Shown here: positions 1 to 10,711 of the stretch, piece after piece
Layout of the letters: the number at the start of each line of letters is the position of its first letter
Position numbering within the stretch: position 1 is the first letter of the stretch
DNA from: Flavobacteriaceae bacterium
Lineage (GTDB): Bacteria; Bacteroidota; Bacteroidia; Flavobacteriales; Flavobacteriaceae
DNA: 32,000 nucleotides
NCBI GenBank assembly: GCA_965224465.1
Contig: OZ245049.1
Location: forward strand, 2,850,001-2,882,000
Direction: 5' to 3'
The notes under the pieces: generated by a model
What the model saw: only the letters and a program-made list of their open reading frames with translations
Told to the model about the DNA's origin: nothing
Databases searched by the model: none
Program-made: the position numbers and the translations under genes

Positions 1-100
1 GAGAATATCGTTCTTTTAAAAGTCCAATTCACACAATTCTATTCCCTATATCAAATAGAATTGTATTTAGAATTAGAGGCTATTTATCCTATATTACATT

Positions 101-3100
101 ATGAAAATAACTGTTATTTTTTATTGTTTGACACTTGTACTATGCCAAGAATACGGCTTTGCTCAATCGCAGAATCCTGCATTAAAAAACAAATTAAACT
201 TTAAACATTTATCTGTAGCAGAAGGCCTGTCTCAACGATCCGTAACAACGATTTTACAGGATAAAAAAGGCTATTTATGGTTTGGCACTAGAGATGGATT
301 AAACAAATACGACGGCACCAATTTTGTGACCTATTCCTACAACTCAGAAGACCCAAATAGCCTGAGTCATAGTTGGGTGACTTCCCTATTTGAAGATGCG
401 TTGGGTAACTTATGGGTCGGAACTAGAAATGGGCTTAACAAATACATCCCAAAAACAAACAGTTTTAAGCATGTTTATTTTTCATCTTTTGACGACAATC
501 AAATTACAGCTATTTGCCAAGTTTCCGATAGCATGCTATGGGTTGCCACAACAAAAACGATTAAGACCATTGAGATTGCTACTATTCTTGAAACCTTTAC
601 AAAAAACAACTACGATGTTCTTAATTTTGACTTTGATGATACTCGGGTTAATTATTTTTTAAAAGCATCAAATGGTGACTTATGGATTGCAACTTCAAAA
701 AACATATACGCTCTAAATTTTCAAAAAAAAACAACCAATAGATTCAGTTATCCAACACAAAATGATCTAACTATAAATTCAGAAAAAACACCTTGTTTCT
801 ATGAAGATAAAGACCACACTATTTGGCTAGGATACACAAAAGGATTGGCGGTATTTAATAAAAAAACAAAAGAGTTTTCTGATTTTTCGCTTGAGAATGG
901 TACCACTATAAATTCTGTAATACGATCTGTCTGTCAAGATTCGTCCGGCACTTTATGGATTGGAGCATATACAGGTCTGTACCTATTGGATTTAAAAAAC
1001 CAAACGCTAGACCATATTACACATTATGATAGTAACTCTAAAAGTTTAAGTCAGAATTCTATTTATAAAATAATAAGAGACACCAGAGGAGATATTTGGA
1101 TTGGAACTTGGGCAGGCGGAGTCAATTATTTTAATAAAAACTACAATTCGTTTAAGCAGTTTTTTGTAGGCGAACACAAGAGCATGTTAAATTACAAAGT
1201 AGTAAGTGCAATTGTAGAGGACGCATCGGAAAACTTTTGGATAGGAACAGAAGGAGGAGGTTTAAATTATTTTAATAGCGCAACAGGAGAATTTAGCTAT
1301 TATAAAAACAAGCCCTCAGATGCAAATAGCATTAGTTCAAATAATGTAAAATCAATCCTGCGAACATCCGCTGGCAATTTGTGGATTGGTACACACGATA
1401 AAGGACTTAATTTTTTTAATACACAAAACTATACATTTAACAATTTCAATAACTATTTAGTGGATGGTAATACGCCCATATCAAATTACAGTATCTCATC
1501 GCTCTACGAGGATAAAAATAAAAACATTTGGATTGGGACATTGGCAGGAGGCTTACTATTTTACGATATAAAAACACAAGCGTTTTCTAAAATCATATCT
1601 GTAGTTGCAATCAATTGTTTGGTACCTTGTAAAGACACTAACTTTTTGTTATTTGGAGGCGTCAATGGGCTGATCAAAATAGATATAACTTCTAAAAAAA
1701 CAAAAGAAATTCATTTTGTAAAGAACACCCAAAACTATGATCCTAGGAAATTTGTGAATACCGTATATGTAGATCCAAAAAATAATTATTGGATCGGTAC
1801 AGGAGGTAATGGCCTCTTTTATTACAACACAAGCAATGGAGTATCCATAAAATATGGCATCGATGATGGTTTACCAAACGAAACTATATATGGTATTCTG
1901 CCCGATAATTACAATTGTTTATGGCTCAGTACAAACCAAGGACTAAGCAGATTTAATTTAGAAGATTATAAAATTAAGAACTATAATTTGTTAGATGGCT
2001 TGCAATCAAATGAGTTTAATTACGGTGCGTATCTAAAAGCCTCAGACGGGAAATTGATGTTTGGAGGCGTAAATGGTCTCAATTATTTTGACCCTTCTAA
2101 AATTAAAAAAAACATATTTGTCCCACTGGTTGATATTTACAGTGTAGTTATTAACAACAAAGAGCAACTTAATATTACGAAGGCAAACACAACGTTAAGG
2201 CTTGCGCATGATCAGAATAATTTTAGCATTCGATTTACAGCCATTAGCTATTTACAATCCAGTAAAAACATGTTTTCTTATAAATTAGATGGATATGACA
2301 CAGAATGGACTCTTGCGAAAGGAAATAGTGCTACCTATACAAATATAGACAAAGGCAACTATTTTTTCAGGGTAAAAGCAGCAAATAATGATGGTGTTTG
2401 GACAGAAGAAGCACGTACTATTTCTATCAAAATAATTGCGGCCCCTTGGAAAACATGGTGGGCAAAATCACTCTATATTATATTTTTTTTAGCCCTGTTT
2501 TTTATGGTGTTAAAACTAGGTATCGAAAGATTAAAAGCGAAAAGCGAATTAAAACAAGAACGTATTAATAAGCTAAAAATACAAGAAATCAACAAACTAA
2601 AACTCGAACTATTTACAAATATCTCCCATGAGTTCAGAACTCCTTTAACCTTAATTACAGGCCCATTACAACGCTTAGTTGAAAAAAAACAAGCAGGCAC
2701 GCACATTCAAAAGCAACTCGAGGGAATGTATAAAAACAGTTTGATTTTATTACAGTTGATCAACCAATTACTAGACTTTAGAAAAAGCGAGGCAGGAAAA
2801 TTAGAAATTCACGTAGGGCAAAATAATATTGTCCCTTTTGTAAATAACATTAAAGAATCGTTTGATCTTTTCGCAGAAGAAAAAAAAATAGAATTCACTT
2901 TTAAATCTTCCAAAAATCTTATTAACGTATGGTTTGACAGCCTAGAACTCAGCAAAGTTATTGTAAATATTTTATCCAATGCATTTAAGTTTACCCCTAT
3001 AGGTGGTACAATAACAGTACGAGTTGAGATCAATAATTCGGAAAAGGAATATAATTCAGGAAAAAAGGTTGTTCTAATCATTGAAGATAACGGAAAAGGA

Positions 3101-4171
3101 ATCCCTGAAAAAGATATTGAATTTATTTTTGATCGATTTTTTCAATTAGGAAGTATCGAAAAAAAACGTGTAGGAACAGGTGTTGGTTTATCCCTATCTA
3201 AGGACATTGTAGAATTACATCATGGAAGCATTAAAGTACGTAGTAGAAATGGATCTGGAGTAATTTTTAAGGTTGTATTACCATTGGGAAATGCTCATTT
3301 TTCTGCAAAAGAAATGATACAGGGTGTAGACAGTATAGATATGGGTACCTTAAATTATTTAAACCTCAGCACTATTGAAACCAAAGAAACTGACATATTA
3401 TTTTGTGAAGATTTGCCTTCTATCTTATTAGTTGAAGACAATCAAGAATTGCGTAGATTTATTAAAAACATATTTGAAGACACCTGTAATATTTTTGAGG
3501 CAGAAAACGGAATTACCGGTATCGAAACGGCAGAAAACAACCCCATAGACCTTATTATTAGTGATGTGATGATGCCAATAATAGATGGTGTAGAAATGTG
3601 TGCTATCCTTAAATCTAATATAAAAACAAGTCATATCCCTATTATTTTACTTACAGGAAAAACATCCACAGAAGCAAGGGAATTAGGATATAAAACTGGA
3701 GCTGATATATATATTTCAAAACCCTTTGACACAAAAATGTTGGAATTACAAGTAAAAAACTTATTCCAATTGAGAAAAAACACCATTCAAAAATATAAAA
3801 CAGACCTCATATTATCTCCCAAAGAACTCCATATTACTTCTACCGATGAAAAATTCCTTAAAAAAGCATTTGATATCGTAAATAAACACAGCGCCAATCC
3901 AGATTTTAACGCACAGTTATTTACCTTAAAAATGGGCGTAAGTAGAACGTTACTCTACACCAAACTAAAAGCATTAACATCTCAATCATTGACAGAATTT
4001 ATTAGAAATGTCCGCTTAAAAAAAGCGGCACAAATGATTGTTCAAACCGACTTAAATATTTCTGAAATCGCCTACGATTTAGGTTTTAATGATTTAAAAT
4101 ATTTTAGAAAAAACTTTAAATTACTATTTAAAATGCCTCCTAGTGAGTACAGAAAGACCTCTAAACAGTAA
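101..4171 (+). CDS. Hybrid two-component system (HTCS) sensor histidine kinase/response regulator with AraC-type HTH output; probable PUL regulator
   Basis: 1356-aa ORF with ATG at 101. Signal-like N-terminus, then many propeller-type repeats (G.LW.GT..GLN.Y/F) and a Y_Y_Y-like region (YSYKLDGYDTEWT). One TM helix (LYIIFFLALFFMVL), HisKA H-box (ISHEFRTPLTLI), HATPase_c (EDNGKGIP, DRFFQ, GTGVGLSLSK). Receiver domain (ILLVEDNQELR, DLIISDVMMPIIDG) and C-terminal AraC HTH (IAYDLGFNDLKYFRKNFK). This is the classic Bacteroidota HTCS architecture. Confidence 0.93.
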   Translation: MKITVIFYCLTLVLCQEYGFAQSQNPALKNKLNFKHLSVAEGLSQRSVTTILQDKKGYLWFGTRDGLNKYDGTNFVTYSYNSEDPNSLSHSWVTSLFEDALGNLWVGTRNGLNKYIPKTNSFKHVYFSSFDDNQITAICQVSDSMLWVATTKTIKTIEIATILETFTKNNYDVLNFDFDDTRVNYFLKASNGDLWIATSKNIYALNFQKKTTNRFSYPTQNDLTINSEKTPCFYEDKDHTIWLGYTKGLAVFNKKTKEFSDFSLENGTTINSVIRSVCQDSSGTLWIGAYTGLYLLDLKNQTLDHITHYDSNSKSLSQNSIYKIIRDTRGDIWIGTWAGGVNYFNKNYNSFKQFFVGEHKSMLNYKVVSAIVEDASENFWIGTEGGGLNYFNSATGEFSYYKNKPSDANSISSNNVKSILRTSAGNLWIGTHDKGLNFFNTQNYTFNNFNNYLVDGNTPISNYSISSLYEDKNKNIWIGTLAGGLLFYDIKTQAFSKIISVVAINCLVPCKDTNFLLFGGVNGLIKIDITSKKTKEIHFVKNTQNYDPRKFVNTVYVDPKNNYWIGTGGNGLFYYNTSNGVSIKYGIDDGLPNETIYGILPDNYNCLWLSTNQGLSRFNLEDYKIKNYNLLDGLQSNEFNYGAYLKASDGKLMFGGVNGLNYFDPSKIKKNIFVPLVDIYSVVINNKEQLNITKANTTLRLAHDQNNFSIRFTAISYLQSSKNMFSYKLDGYDTEWTLAKGNSATYTNIDKGNYFFRVKAANNDGVWTEEARTISIKIIAAPWKTWWAKSLYIIFFLALFFMVLKLGIERLKAKSELKQERINKLKIQEINKLKLELFTNISHEFRTPLTLITGPLQRLVEKKQAGTHIQKQLEGMYKNSLILLQLINQLLDFRKSEAGKLEIHVGQNNIVPFVNNIKESFDLFAEEKKIEFTFKSSKNLINVWFDSLELSKVIVNILSNAFKFTPIGGTITVRVEINNSEKEYNSGKKVVLIIEDNGKGIPEKDIEFIFDRFFQLGSIEKKRVGTGVGLSLSKDIVELHHGSIKVRSRNGSGVIFKVVLPLGNAHFSAKEMIQGVDSIDMGTLNYLNLSTIETKETDILFCEDLPSILLVEDNQELRRFIKNIFEDTCNIFEAENGITGIETAENNPIDLIISDVMMPIIDGVEMCAILKSNIKTSHIPIILLTGKTSTEARELGYKTGADIYISKPFDTKMLELQVKNLFQLRKNTIQKYKTDLILSPKELHITSTDEKFLKKAFDIVNKHSANPDFNAQLFTLKMGVSRTLLYTKLKALTSQSLTEFIRNVRLKKAAQMIVQTDLNISEIAYDLGFNDLKYFRKNFKLLFKMPPSEYRKTSKQ

Positions 4172-4361
4172 ATTCACCCCTTAGCACATTTTTAAATAAC
4201 ACGCTAGTAATAAGAAAATTGCACGAAATATTACGAGGTACGTTAGCTAAATTCTGATTATTTACACCTCCTTAAAAAACTATTTGAACCTGCTTTATAC
4301 GCTATTTAGTTGATAATATTGAAGTATCATTAAAGTGATGCCTAACTGAATTAAAGTAAAT

Positions 4362-5555
4362 ATGAAGAAATTAATAATAGTACTAATTGGTGTTTTCACC
4401 CTGTTTTCTTGCAGTGATTCCATACAAAAGAACACCTTTTCTAATGATCAAATATCAAAAGCAGAAGCACAACTTAGCGTATTGTTGCAAACGTCTCAAA
4501 AGACAAAACGAATACCTAGAACGATAAACTCCACAAATGAGATACATTATACAAATCAACATTTTGACTGGACAGAAGGATTTTTTCCAGGGACATGTTG
4601 GTACATGTACGAGATCACCAAAGATGTAAAATGGAAAAATGCAGCAGAAAATATGCAATCTCAATTTGAATCTCATAACAAAAATAAATCCAGCCATGAC
4701 TTGGGTTTTATTTTTAACTGTTCTTTTGGAAATGGCTATAAATTGACGCAAAATAAACAGTTTAAAAAAGTGATGATTACAGCTGGAAACTCATTGCTTT
4801 CTCGTTTCAACCCTACTGTAGGTTGTATTCAAAGTTGGAATGTTACAGGAGGTTGGCAATCTGAAAGATCTTGGAAATACCCTGTAATTATTGACAATAT
4901 GATGAATCTTGAATTGCTATTCGAACTGAGTATAATTACGGGAGATCCAACCTATAAAAATGCGGCTATCACACATGCCAATACCACAATGGAAAATCAT
5001 TTTAGAACAGATAATAGTTCATATCACGTAGTAGATTACGACCCAGAAACTGGAGAAATCAGAAGTAAACAAACCGCACAAGGATACAACAATGAAAGCT
5101 CGTGGGCACGTGGTCAAGCATGGGGATTGTATGGATTTACGGTGTGTTACCGCTACACCAAAGACGAAAAATACCTTGCACAAGCAGAAAAAATCGCAGC
5201 GTATATTCTAAATTACAAGGGACTACCATCTGACGGAATTCCATATTGGGATTACAATGCTCCCAACATCCCGAACGAACCTCGAGATGTATCTGCTGCT
5301 GCGATTACCGTCTCCTCTTTGATTGAATTAGATTCATTTTCAAACAATAATTACGAAACTCAAATAGATAAAATCATGCAATCACTAGCAAGTGATCGAT
5401 ATACAGCAAAATTTGGAGAAAATCATTCTTTTATTTTAAAACACGCTGTAGGGAGTATTCCACATAAAAATGAAATTGATGTACCATTAAATTATGCCGA
5501 TTATTATTATGTAGAAGCATTGCTCAGGTACAAGTCTCTTGTAGAACAAAACTAA
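4362..5555 (+). CDS. Glycoside hydrolase family 88 (unsaturated glucuronyl hydrolase), lipoprotein
   Basis: 397-aa ORF with ATG at 4362. Lipoprotein-type signal (VFTLFSC). Motifs I recognise as GH88-type: SHDLGF, VIIDNMMNLELLF, WARGQAWGLYGF. Length is typical of the family. Confidence 0.85.
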   Translation: MKKLIIVLIGVFTLFSCSDSIQKNTFSNDQISKAEAQLSVLLQTSQKTKRIPRTINSTNEIHYTNQHFDWTEGFFPGTCWYMYEITKDVKWKNAAENMQSQFESHNKNKSSHDLGFIFNCSFGNGYKLTQNKQFKKVMITAGNSLLSRFNPTVGCIQSWNVTGGWQSERSWKYPVIIDNMMNLELLFELSIITGDPTYKNAAITHANTTMENHFRTDNSSYHVVDYDPETGEIRSKQTAQGYNNESSWARGQAWGLYGFTVCYRYTKDEKYLAQAEKIAAYILNYKGLPSDGIPYWDYNAPNIPNEPRDVSAAAITVSSLIELDSFSNNNYETQIDKIMQSLASDRYTAKFGENHSFILKHAVGSIPHKNEIDVPLNYADYYYVEALLRYKSLVEQN

Positions 5556-5556
5556 C

Positions 5557-5631
5557 TAATACCAAATACATTTCCAACAACGCCAGAACGTAAAATACAC
5601 TATTATATCGGCTTTTTTTGGATTGTAATTG
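5557..5631 (-). repeat. Internally deleted copy (~75 bp) of the ~161-bp MITE-like repeat, reverse orientation
   Basis: ataccaaatacatttccaacaacg matches the reverse complement of the repeat's right end (atcccaattacatttccaagtgacg). aacgtaaaatacactattatatcggctttttttggattgtaattg matches the reverse complement of its left ~50 nt. The central ~85 nt is missing. The copy starts 2 nt after the GH88 stop codon. Confidence 0.7.
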
Positions 5632-5751
5632 ACACTACCCCTTGACGCACGGATTATCAACAAAATACCTCACTTAAAAAAAATAAAACATGTAATAGAT
5701 CTTTAAATTAAACACCCACTTAATCAATTATCAAATCAAAATTAACTTAAT

Positions 5752-8700
5752 ATGAAAATAATTTATTCATTTAAAAAACAAACTGTTTGTATCTGCATTT
5801 TGTTTTTAACAACAATTTCCATGTTTAGCCAAAGTGCTTTAAATGGAACCGTAAGGTCTTCAGAAGACCATGAACCAATACCTGGAGTTAGTATTTTAAT
5901 AAAAGGAACTACCATCGGAGTTACGACAGACTTTAACGGGAATTATACAATAAATGCTTCCCCTACAGATGTATTGGTATTTCAATACTTAGGATTTACT
6001 ACCTTAGAAAAATTAGTAGGAAATAACCTTTCCATAAATGTTGTATTAGCATCGAGTTCAGAACAATTAAATGATGTTGTTGTGATTGGATATGGGACTG
6101 CAAAAAGAGCCGACCTTACAGGTTCTGTATCTACAGTTAAAGGAGAAGATTTAGCCAGAACCGCTAGTCCTAACTTACAACAAGCCTTGGCAGGAAAAGT
6201 GGCAGGTGTAATTACCATGCAAGCAAGTGGACAACCAGGATACGATGGAGCAACTGTTTCTGTAAGAGGTACCAGTACACTTAATAACAGTAGCGCCTTA
6301 TATATTGTAGATGGGGTTCAGCGTTCCTATTCTAGAATTGATCCACAAGACATAGAGAGTATCAACGTCTTAAAAGATGCTGCATCTACCGCAATTTATG
6401 GAGCAAGTGGTGCGAATGGTGTGATTTTAATCACAACTAAACGCGGTAAAACAGGAGAGGCTGTTTTTAGCTATAATGGTAGCTATGGATTCCAAAGCCA
6501 AACACGTAGAATGGAGTTAATGAATTCTGGAGAATATGCTAGGTACAGAAGTGAAGGTAGTGAGAACGATGGTAAAGGCCCTTTGTTTACTCCAGAGCAA
6601 ATAAAAGCGTATGAAAACGGCCCTTCATACAATTGGATGGATGCCTTATTCTCTAATAATACTCCAATTCAGAAACATAGTATTACCGCACGTGGAGGAA
6701 ATGAAAAAACAAAATACTTTTTATCCTTTGGAACCTTAGATCAAGAAGGTTTTTATAAAACATCAAATTACAATCAAAAAAATCTACGTAGCAATTTAGA
6801 TGTTGTACTTACCGATAATTTAGACTTAAATGTTGATTTATCTGGGAGGATGGAAGACCGTATGAGTTCATCTGCAGGTTCGTATCAACACCTTGTCTTT
6901 TCATTGCCATTTCACAGCCCTTTCGCCACTGAAGTAGGTCCCGATGCACTAGGATATAATGGATATGTTGGAAATCCGATAGGAGATTTTGTACGTAGTG
7001 GAACAAATAATCATAAGACAAATCGTTTTGAAAGCACCTTTAAATTAACGTATAAATTACCTTGGATAAAAGGTCTGTCTGCAAATGCATTGTATTCTTA
7101 TGATGTTACAAATGTATCGCAAAAAATATTTAAATATCCTTACGAATACTATAAATTGGATGTAAATAATAACTACCAACCAGAACAAGGAGGTCCTTCT
7201 ACAACGAGCTTAAAAGAAAAACGAACTTTTTTCTCTAGAAATACCATGCAGCTAAGTTTAAGATATGCAAAAGATTTTGGAGATCACTCCCTAGGTGTAT
7301 TAGCCTTGTTAGAAGAAAGTGAAACACGTTCCAATTTCTTAACCGGTTATAGAGATGATTTTATTTCTAATACAATTCCTGAATTGTTTGTGGGAGCACC
7401 TGAAAACTGGAAAAATAATGGAGGAGCCGATCATACAGCCAAACGAGGTTTTGTAACAAGAGTTACCTATGATTATAAAAACACCTATCTTTTCCAAGCT
7501 AATATGCGTATTGATGAATCCTATAAATTTCCAAAAAAAGGTAGAACTGGATATTTTCCAGCAGTCTCTGCAGCATGGAAGGTTTCTAACGAGGACTTTA
7601 TGAAAGACATCGATGCAATTAGCAGTCTTAAACTAAGAACGTCTTACGGGCTGGTAGGGAATGATAGAGTAGATCCATACCAATTTGTAGCGAGTTACCT
7701 AATTGATGGTGGTTCCGTAACTGACGGTAACTTTAACACAGGAATTAGAGTATCTGGTGTCGCAAATCCAAACATTACTTGGGAGAAAGCAAAAGCCTTC
7801 AATATTGGAATTAACTTAGGAATTTTAGACAACAGGTTAACCTTTGAATTTGACTATTTTAAAAAGAGAACAGAGGATATATTGTTTGCGAATTCTGCAG
7901 CTGTACCTGACTCTTTTGGAGCTAAATTACCTGACGAAAACTTTGGAATAGTTGATTCTTGGGGATCTGAAGGTATTGTTACTTACCGAAACACTTTTGG
8001 AGGTCTAAAAGTGAATGTTTCTGCAAATTATTCTTGGTATGATAACGAAATTATAAACATAAGAGAGCCCTCAGATATTTTACCCGGATTGGCCAAACAA
8101 GGTAGATCTACAGGCTTGAGATATGGTTATTTAAGTGATGGGCTTTTTCAAACAACATCTCAAATAGAGGCGGCACCTATACAGTTTAATAAAGTGTTTC
8201 ATAAAAACTTAGTCCCTGGTGATATCATATATCAAGACATTAACGGTAGAGATGAAAACGGCGCCCTTACAGGGAAACCTGACGGAAAAGTAAACTCGGA
8301 TGACCAAACAGTTATTGGGTCTAGTGGAAATGCAAATTTTGTATACGGACTCAATATAAACTTAGGTTATAAAGGATTTGACATGACAGCTAGTTTTCAA
8401 GGTGCAGGTGATTTCTCAAGGTATATCGATCCCTTTTCTTTTGCACGTGACGGAAACGCTTTGAAAGAGCTAACTGATTCTTGGAGAGTTGGAAACGAGG
8501 ATGCAAAATACCCTAGACTTACCGCTACAGGAGACGCAACGGTCAATGCTACGGTAAAATCAGACTATTGGGTAACAGAAGTAAATTACTTGAGACTTAG
8601 AAGCTTAAATTTAGGCTATAGTTTCCCAGGGCTAAAAAATACATTCACAAAAATAGGAATGAGTAGCCTTAGAATGTATGTATCTGGAAGCAATCTATTT

Positions 8701-8805
8701 ACACTATCTAATTTAGGATGGAGAGATCCAGAAGGAGGCTCTGGAAGAGACCCTTTTTATCCACAAGTTAAAACAATTTCATTAGGTTTAAATGTTAACT
8801 TTTAA
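5752..8805 (+). CDS. SusC/RagA-family TonB-dependent outer-membrane transporter
   Basis: 1017 aa with signal peptide. N-terminal carboxypeptidase-regulatory-like domain (NGTVRSSEDHEPIPGVSILIKGTTIGVTTDFNGNYTI). TonB-box/plug (DVVVIGYGT, INVLKDAASTAIYGASGANGVILITTKRG). C-terminal aromatic residue (NVNF). A SusD-like gene starts 10 nt downstream. Confidence 0.95.
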   Translation: MKIIYSFKKQTVCICILFLTTISMFSQSALNGTVRSSEDHEPIPGVSILIKGTTIGVTTDFNGNYTINASPTDVLVFQYLGFTTLEKLVGNNLSINVVLASSSEQLNDVVVIGYGTAKRADLTGSVSTVKGEDLARTASPNLQQALAGKVAGVITMQASGQPGYDGATVSVRGTSTLNNSSALYIVDGVQRSYSRIDPQDIESINVLKDAASTAIYGASGANGVILITTKRGKTGEAVFSYNGSYGFQSQTRRMELMNSGEYARYRSEGSENDGKGPLFTPEQIKAYENGPSYNWMDALFSNNTPIQKHSITARGGNEKTKYFLSFGTLDQEGFYKTSNYNQKNLRSNLDVVLTDNLDLNVDLSGRMEDRMSSSAGSYQHLVFSLPFHSPFATEVGPDALGYNGYVGNPIGDFVRSGTNNHKTNRFESTFKLTYKLPWIKGLSANALYSYDVTNVSQKIFKYPYEYYKLDVNNNYQPEQGGPSTTSLKEKRTFFSRNTMQLSLRYAKDFGDHSLGVLALLEESETRSNFLTGYRDDFISNTIPELFVGAPENWKNNGGADHTAKRGFVTRVTYDYKNTYLFQANMRIDESYKFPKKGRTGYFPAVSAAWKVSNEDFMKDIDAISSLKLRTSYGLVGNDRVDPYQFVASYLIDGGSVTDGNFNTGIRVSGVANPNITWEKAKAFNIGINLGILDNRLTFEFDYFKKRTEDILFANSAAVPDSFGAKLPDENFGIVDSWGSEGIVTYRNTFGGLKVNVSANYSWYDNEIINIREPSDILPGLAKQGRSTGLRYGYLSDGLFQTTSQIEAAPIQFNKVFHKNLVPGDIIYQDINGRDENGALTGKPDGKVNSDDQTVIGSSGNANFVYGLNINLGYKGFDMTASFQGAGDFSRYIDPFSFARDGNALKELTDSWRVGNEDAKYPRLTATGDATVNATVKSDYWVTEVNYLRLRSLNLGYSFPGLKNTFTKIGMSSLRMYVSGSNLFTLSNLGWRDPEGGSGRDPFYPQVKTISLGLNVNF

Positions 8806-8815
8806 GTACTGAATC

Positions 8816-10492
8816 ATGAAAATATATAAATATATAATATGTTCTTTATTTCTTGCCGTTTCTTGCCAAGATTTAGAGGTGGAACAATTAAACGCTATCG
8901 AATCAAAAAGCGTTTATGAAAATCAAGAATTAATGGCTGCACATTTTAGCTATCTTCAAGGGAGATTACCTTATGGTATTTGTGCAAATAATGGCAATGG
9001 TTCTCACTCCGATATGCAGGCTGCTATAACCGACGAAGCAAGGTCTAAAAGTGGCTGGGTGGCTAATAATAAGGTTATAAAAGGGTTGATTTCTCCAACA
9101 CAAGCTTACGGTTACGGAATTTGGAAGAGAGCGTATAAAACAATTAGAGCGACCAACGAAGCATTGATGAATTTAGAAACATCTCCATTAGAGGAATCCT
9201 ATAAAAATGATATTATTGCAAAAATTAGATACATACGTGCTTTTACATATTTCGATGTAGTTCGTAGATATGGGGCTATTCCATTACTTACAGTGGCGCA
9301 ATCTTTGGATGATGATTTACAAGTAAATAGAACACCTGTTGCAGAAATATACGCTTTTATACACAGCGAATTAGAACTGGCAGCAGATGGACTGAAAGCA
9401 AAGTCAGCTTCTCTTTCTGGAGCTATTAACAAGCAAGCTGCAATAGCATTAAGCGCAAGAGCTAGTTTATATGCAGAAAACTGGGCAGAATCAGCTCGTT
9501 TGGCTGACCTATTGATTACAGGAGAAAATAATGATGGATTAAACTTACATCCTGATTATAGAGAATTATTTCTTTCAAAAGGAGGAATCAATGAAGTGAT
9601 TATGGAAAAACAAACCTATACGGGGGTTACAGGGCAATCTTTTGCATTGTATAATTTACCTGTGAGATGGAGATCTAACTGGGGAGGACAAACAGATCCA
9701 ACCCAACAAATGGTAGATTCTTATCAAATGTTAGCAACTGGTTTGGACATCTCAGATCCAGCTTCTGGATATGATCCTGAAAACCCGTACACAGGAAGAG
9801 ATAAAAGATTCAACGCTTCTATTTTTTACCATGGAAGTGATTTTGATGGACTTTTACCAAAATCTGGTGCACCGTATATAGATATGGAATGGAATAATAT
9901 GAATGAAGGTCCTGGGAAAAAGAAAAGTGGTGCCGCAAGTATTACAGGGTATTTAGTTAGAAAGTGGGCAGATCCATCAGACGGATTAGGTCCTGAAAGA
10001 TACAATAGCTTTGCTAGCTGGAAGGAAATTCGCTACGCAGAAGTATTGCTAATATATGCCGAAGCTTCAAATGAAGATAAAGGACCTTCACAAAAAGTGT
10101 ATGATGCTATAAATACAGTTAGAAATAGAGCTGGACTCCCAAATTTAATCGATGGTTTTACCAAGGAGCAAATGCGTATGGCAATTCGACAAGAACGCAA
10201 AGTAGAATTAGCTTTCGAAAATCACCGTTGGTTTGATCTTATTAGATGGAAAATAGCAAAAGAAGTATTGGATGGTTTTGTACCAAAAGGAGTGAAAATT
10301 ACAAGAAAATCAAACGCACCTTCAAATCTTGATACACCGCAGTTGTTTGACAGTAAATACCTTACTTTCGATACTTCCTATATTGTTTCTGGAAGAACAT
10401 CTGTATTTCCAGATAGTTATTATCTCATGCCAATTCCACAAAGTGAATTAGATAAAAACTCCAATCTAAAACCACAGAATCCTGGCTATTAA
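8816..10492 (+). CDS. SusD/RagB-family nutrient-binding outer-membrane lipoprotein
   Basis: 558 aa with lipoprotein signal (SLFLAVSC). Conserved SusD-like C-terminal block (IRQERKVELAFENHRWFDLIRW). Position directly after the SusC-like gene. Confidence 0.93.
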   Translation: MKIYKYIICSLFLAVSCQDLEVEQLNAIESKSVYENQELMAAHFSYLQGRLPYGICANNGNGSHSDMQAAITDEARSKSGWVANNKVIKGLISPTQAYGYGIWKRAYKTIRATNEALMNLETSPLEESYKNDIIAKIRYIRAFTYFDVVRRYGAIPLLTVAQSLDDDLQVNRTPVAEIYAFIHSELELAADGLKAKSASLSGAINKQAAIALSARASLYAENWAESARLADLLITGENNDGLNLHPDYRELFLSKGGINEVIMEKQTYTGVTGQSFALYNLPVRWRSNWGGQTDPTQQMVDSYQMLATGLDISDPASGYDPENPYTGRDKRFNASIFYHGSDFDGLLPKSGAPYIDMEWNNMNEGPGKKKSGAASITGYLVRKWADPSDGLGPERYNSFASWKEIRYAEVLLIYAEASNEDKGPSQKVYDAINTVRNRAGLPNLIDGFTKEQMRMAIRQERKVELAFENHRWFDLIRWKIAKEVLDGFVPKGVKITRKSNAPSNLDTPQLFDSKYLTFDTSYIVSGRTSVFPDSYYLMPIPQSELDKNSNLKPQNPGY

Positions 10493-10519
10493 AAATTAAA
10501 TACATTTCGTATATCAATA

Positions 10520-10566
10520 GAAAACCTAAGATTGTACCATTCGTACAATGCTTAGGTTTTCTTTTT
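10520..10566 (+). terminator. Rho-independent terminator closing the PUL operon
   Basis: Hairpin gaaaacctaag-attgtac / cattc loop / gtacaat-(g bulge)-cttaggttttc gives 18 bp of stem. It is followed by TTTTT at 10562-10566, 28 nt after the susD-like stop. Confidence 0.85.
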
Positions 10567-10711
10567 GTATACGTTTCCAAATGAGGGTTTAGAAATGGAA
10601 TTATTTAATGGTTTTACCAGCACTATGTTCATCATTGGCGCTACGCATTGCAAGCTCCATTTTACGTGCTTTTAACACCGTTATTTACACGCTGCTTTTA
10701 TTTTTTACACC

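Noticed and set aside
390-3634. Short ORFs nested in or antisense to the HTCS gene (390-662 +, 2473-2706 -, 2809-3081 -, 3428-3634 -)
   Set aside because: They lie entirely within a 1356-aa ORF that has continuous domain architecture. They are low-complexity translations typical of alternative frames.
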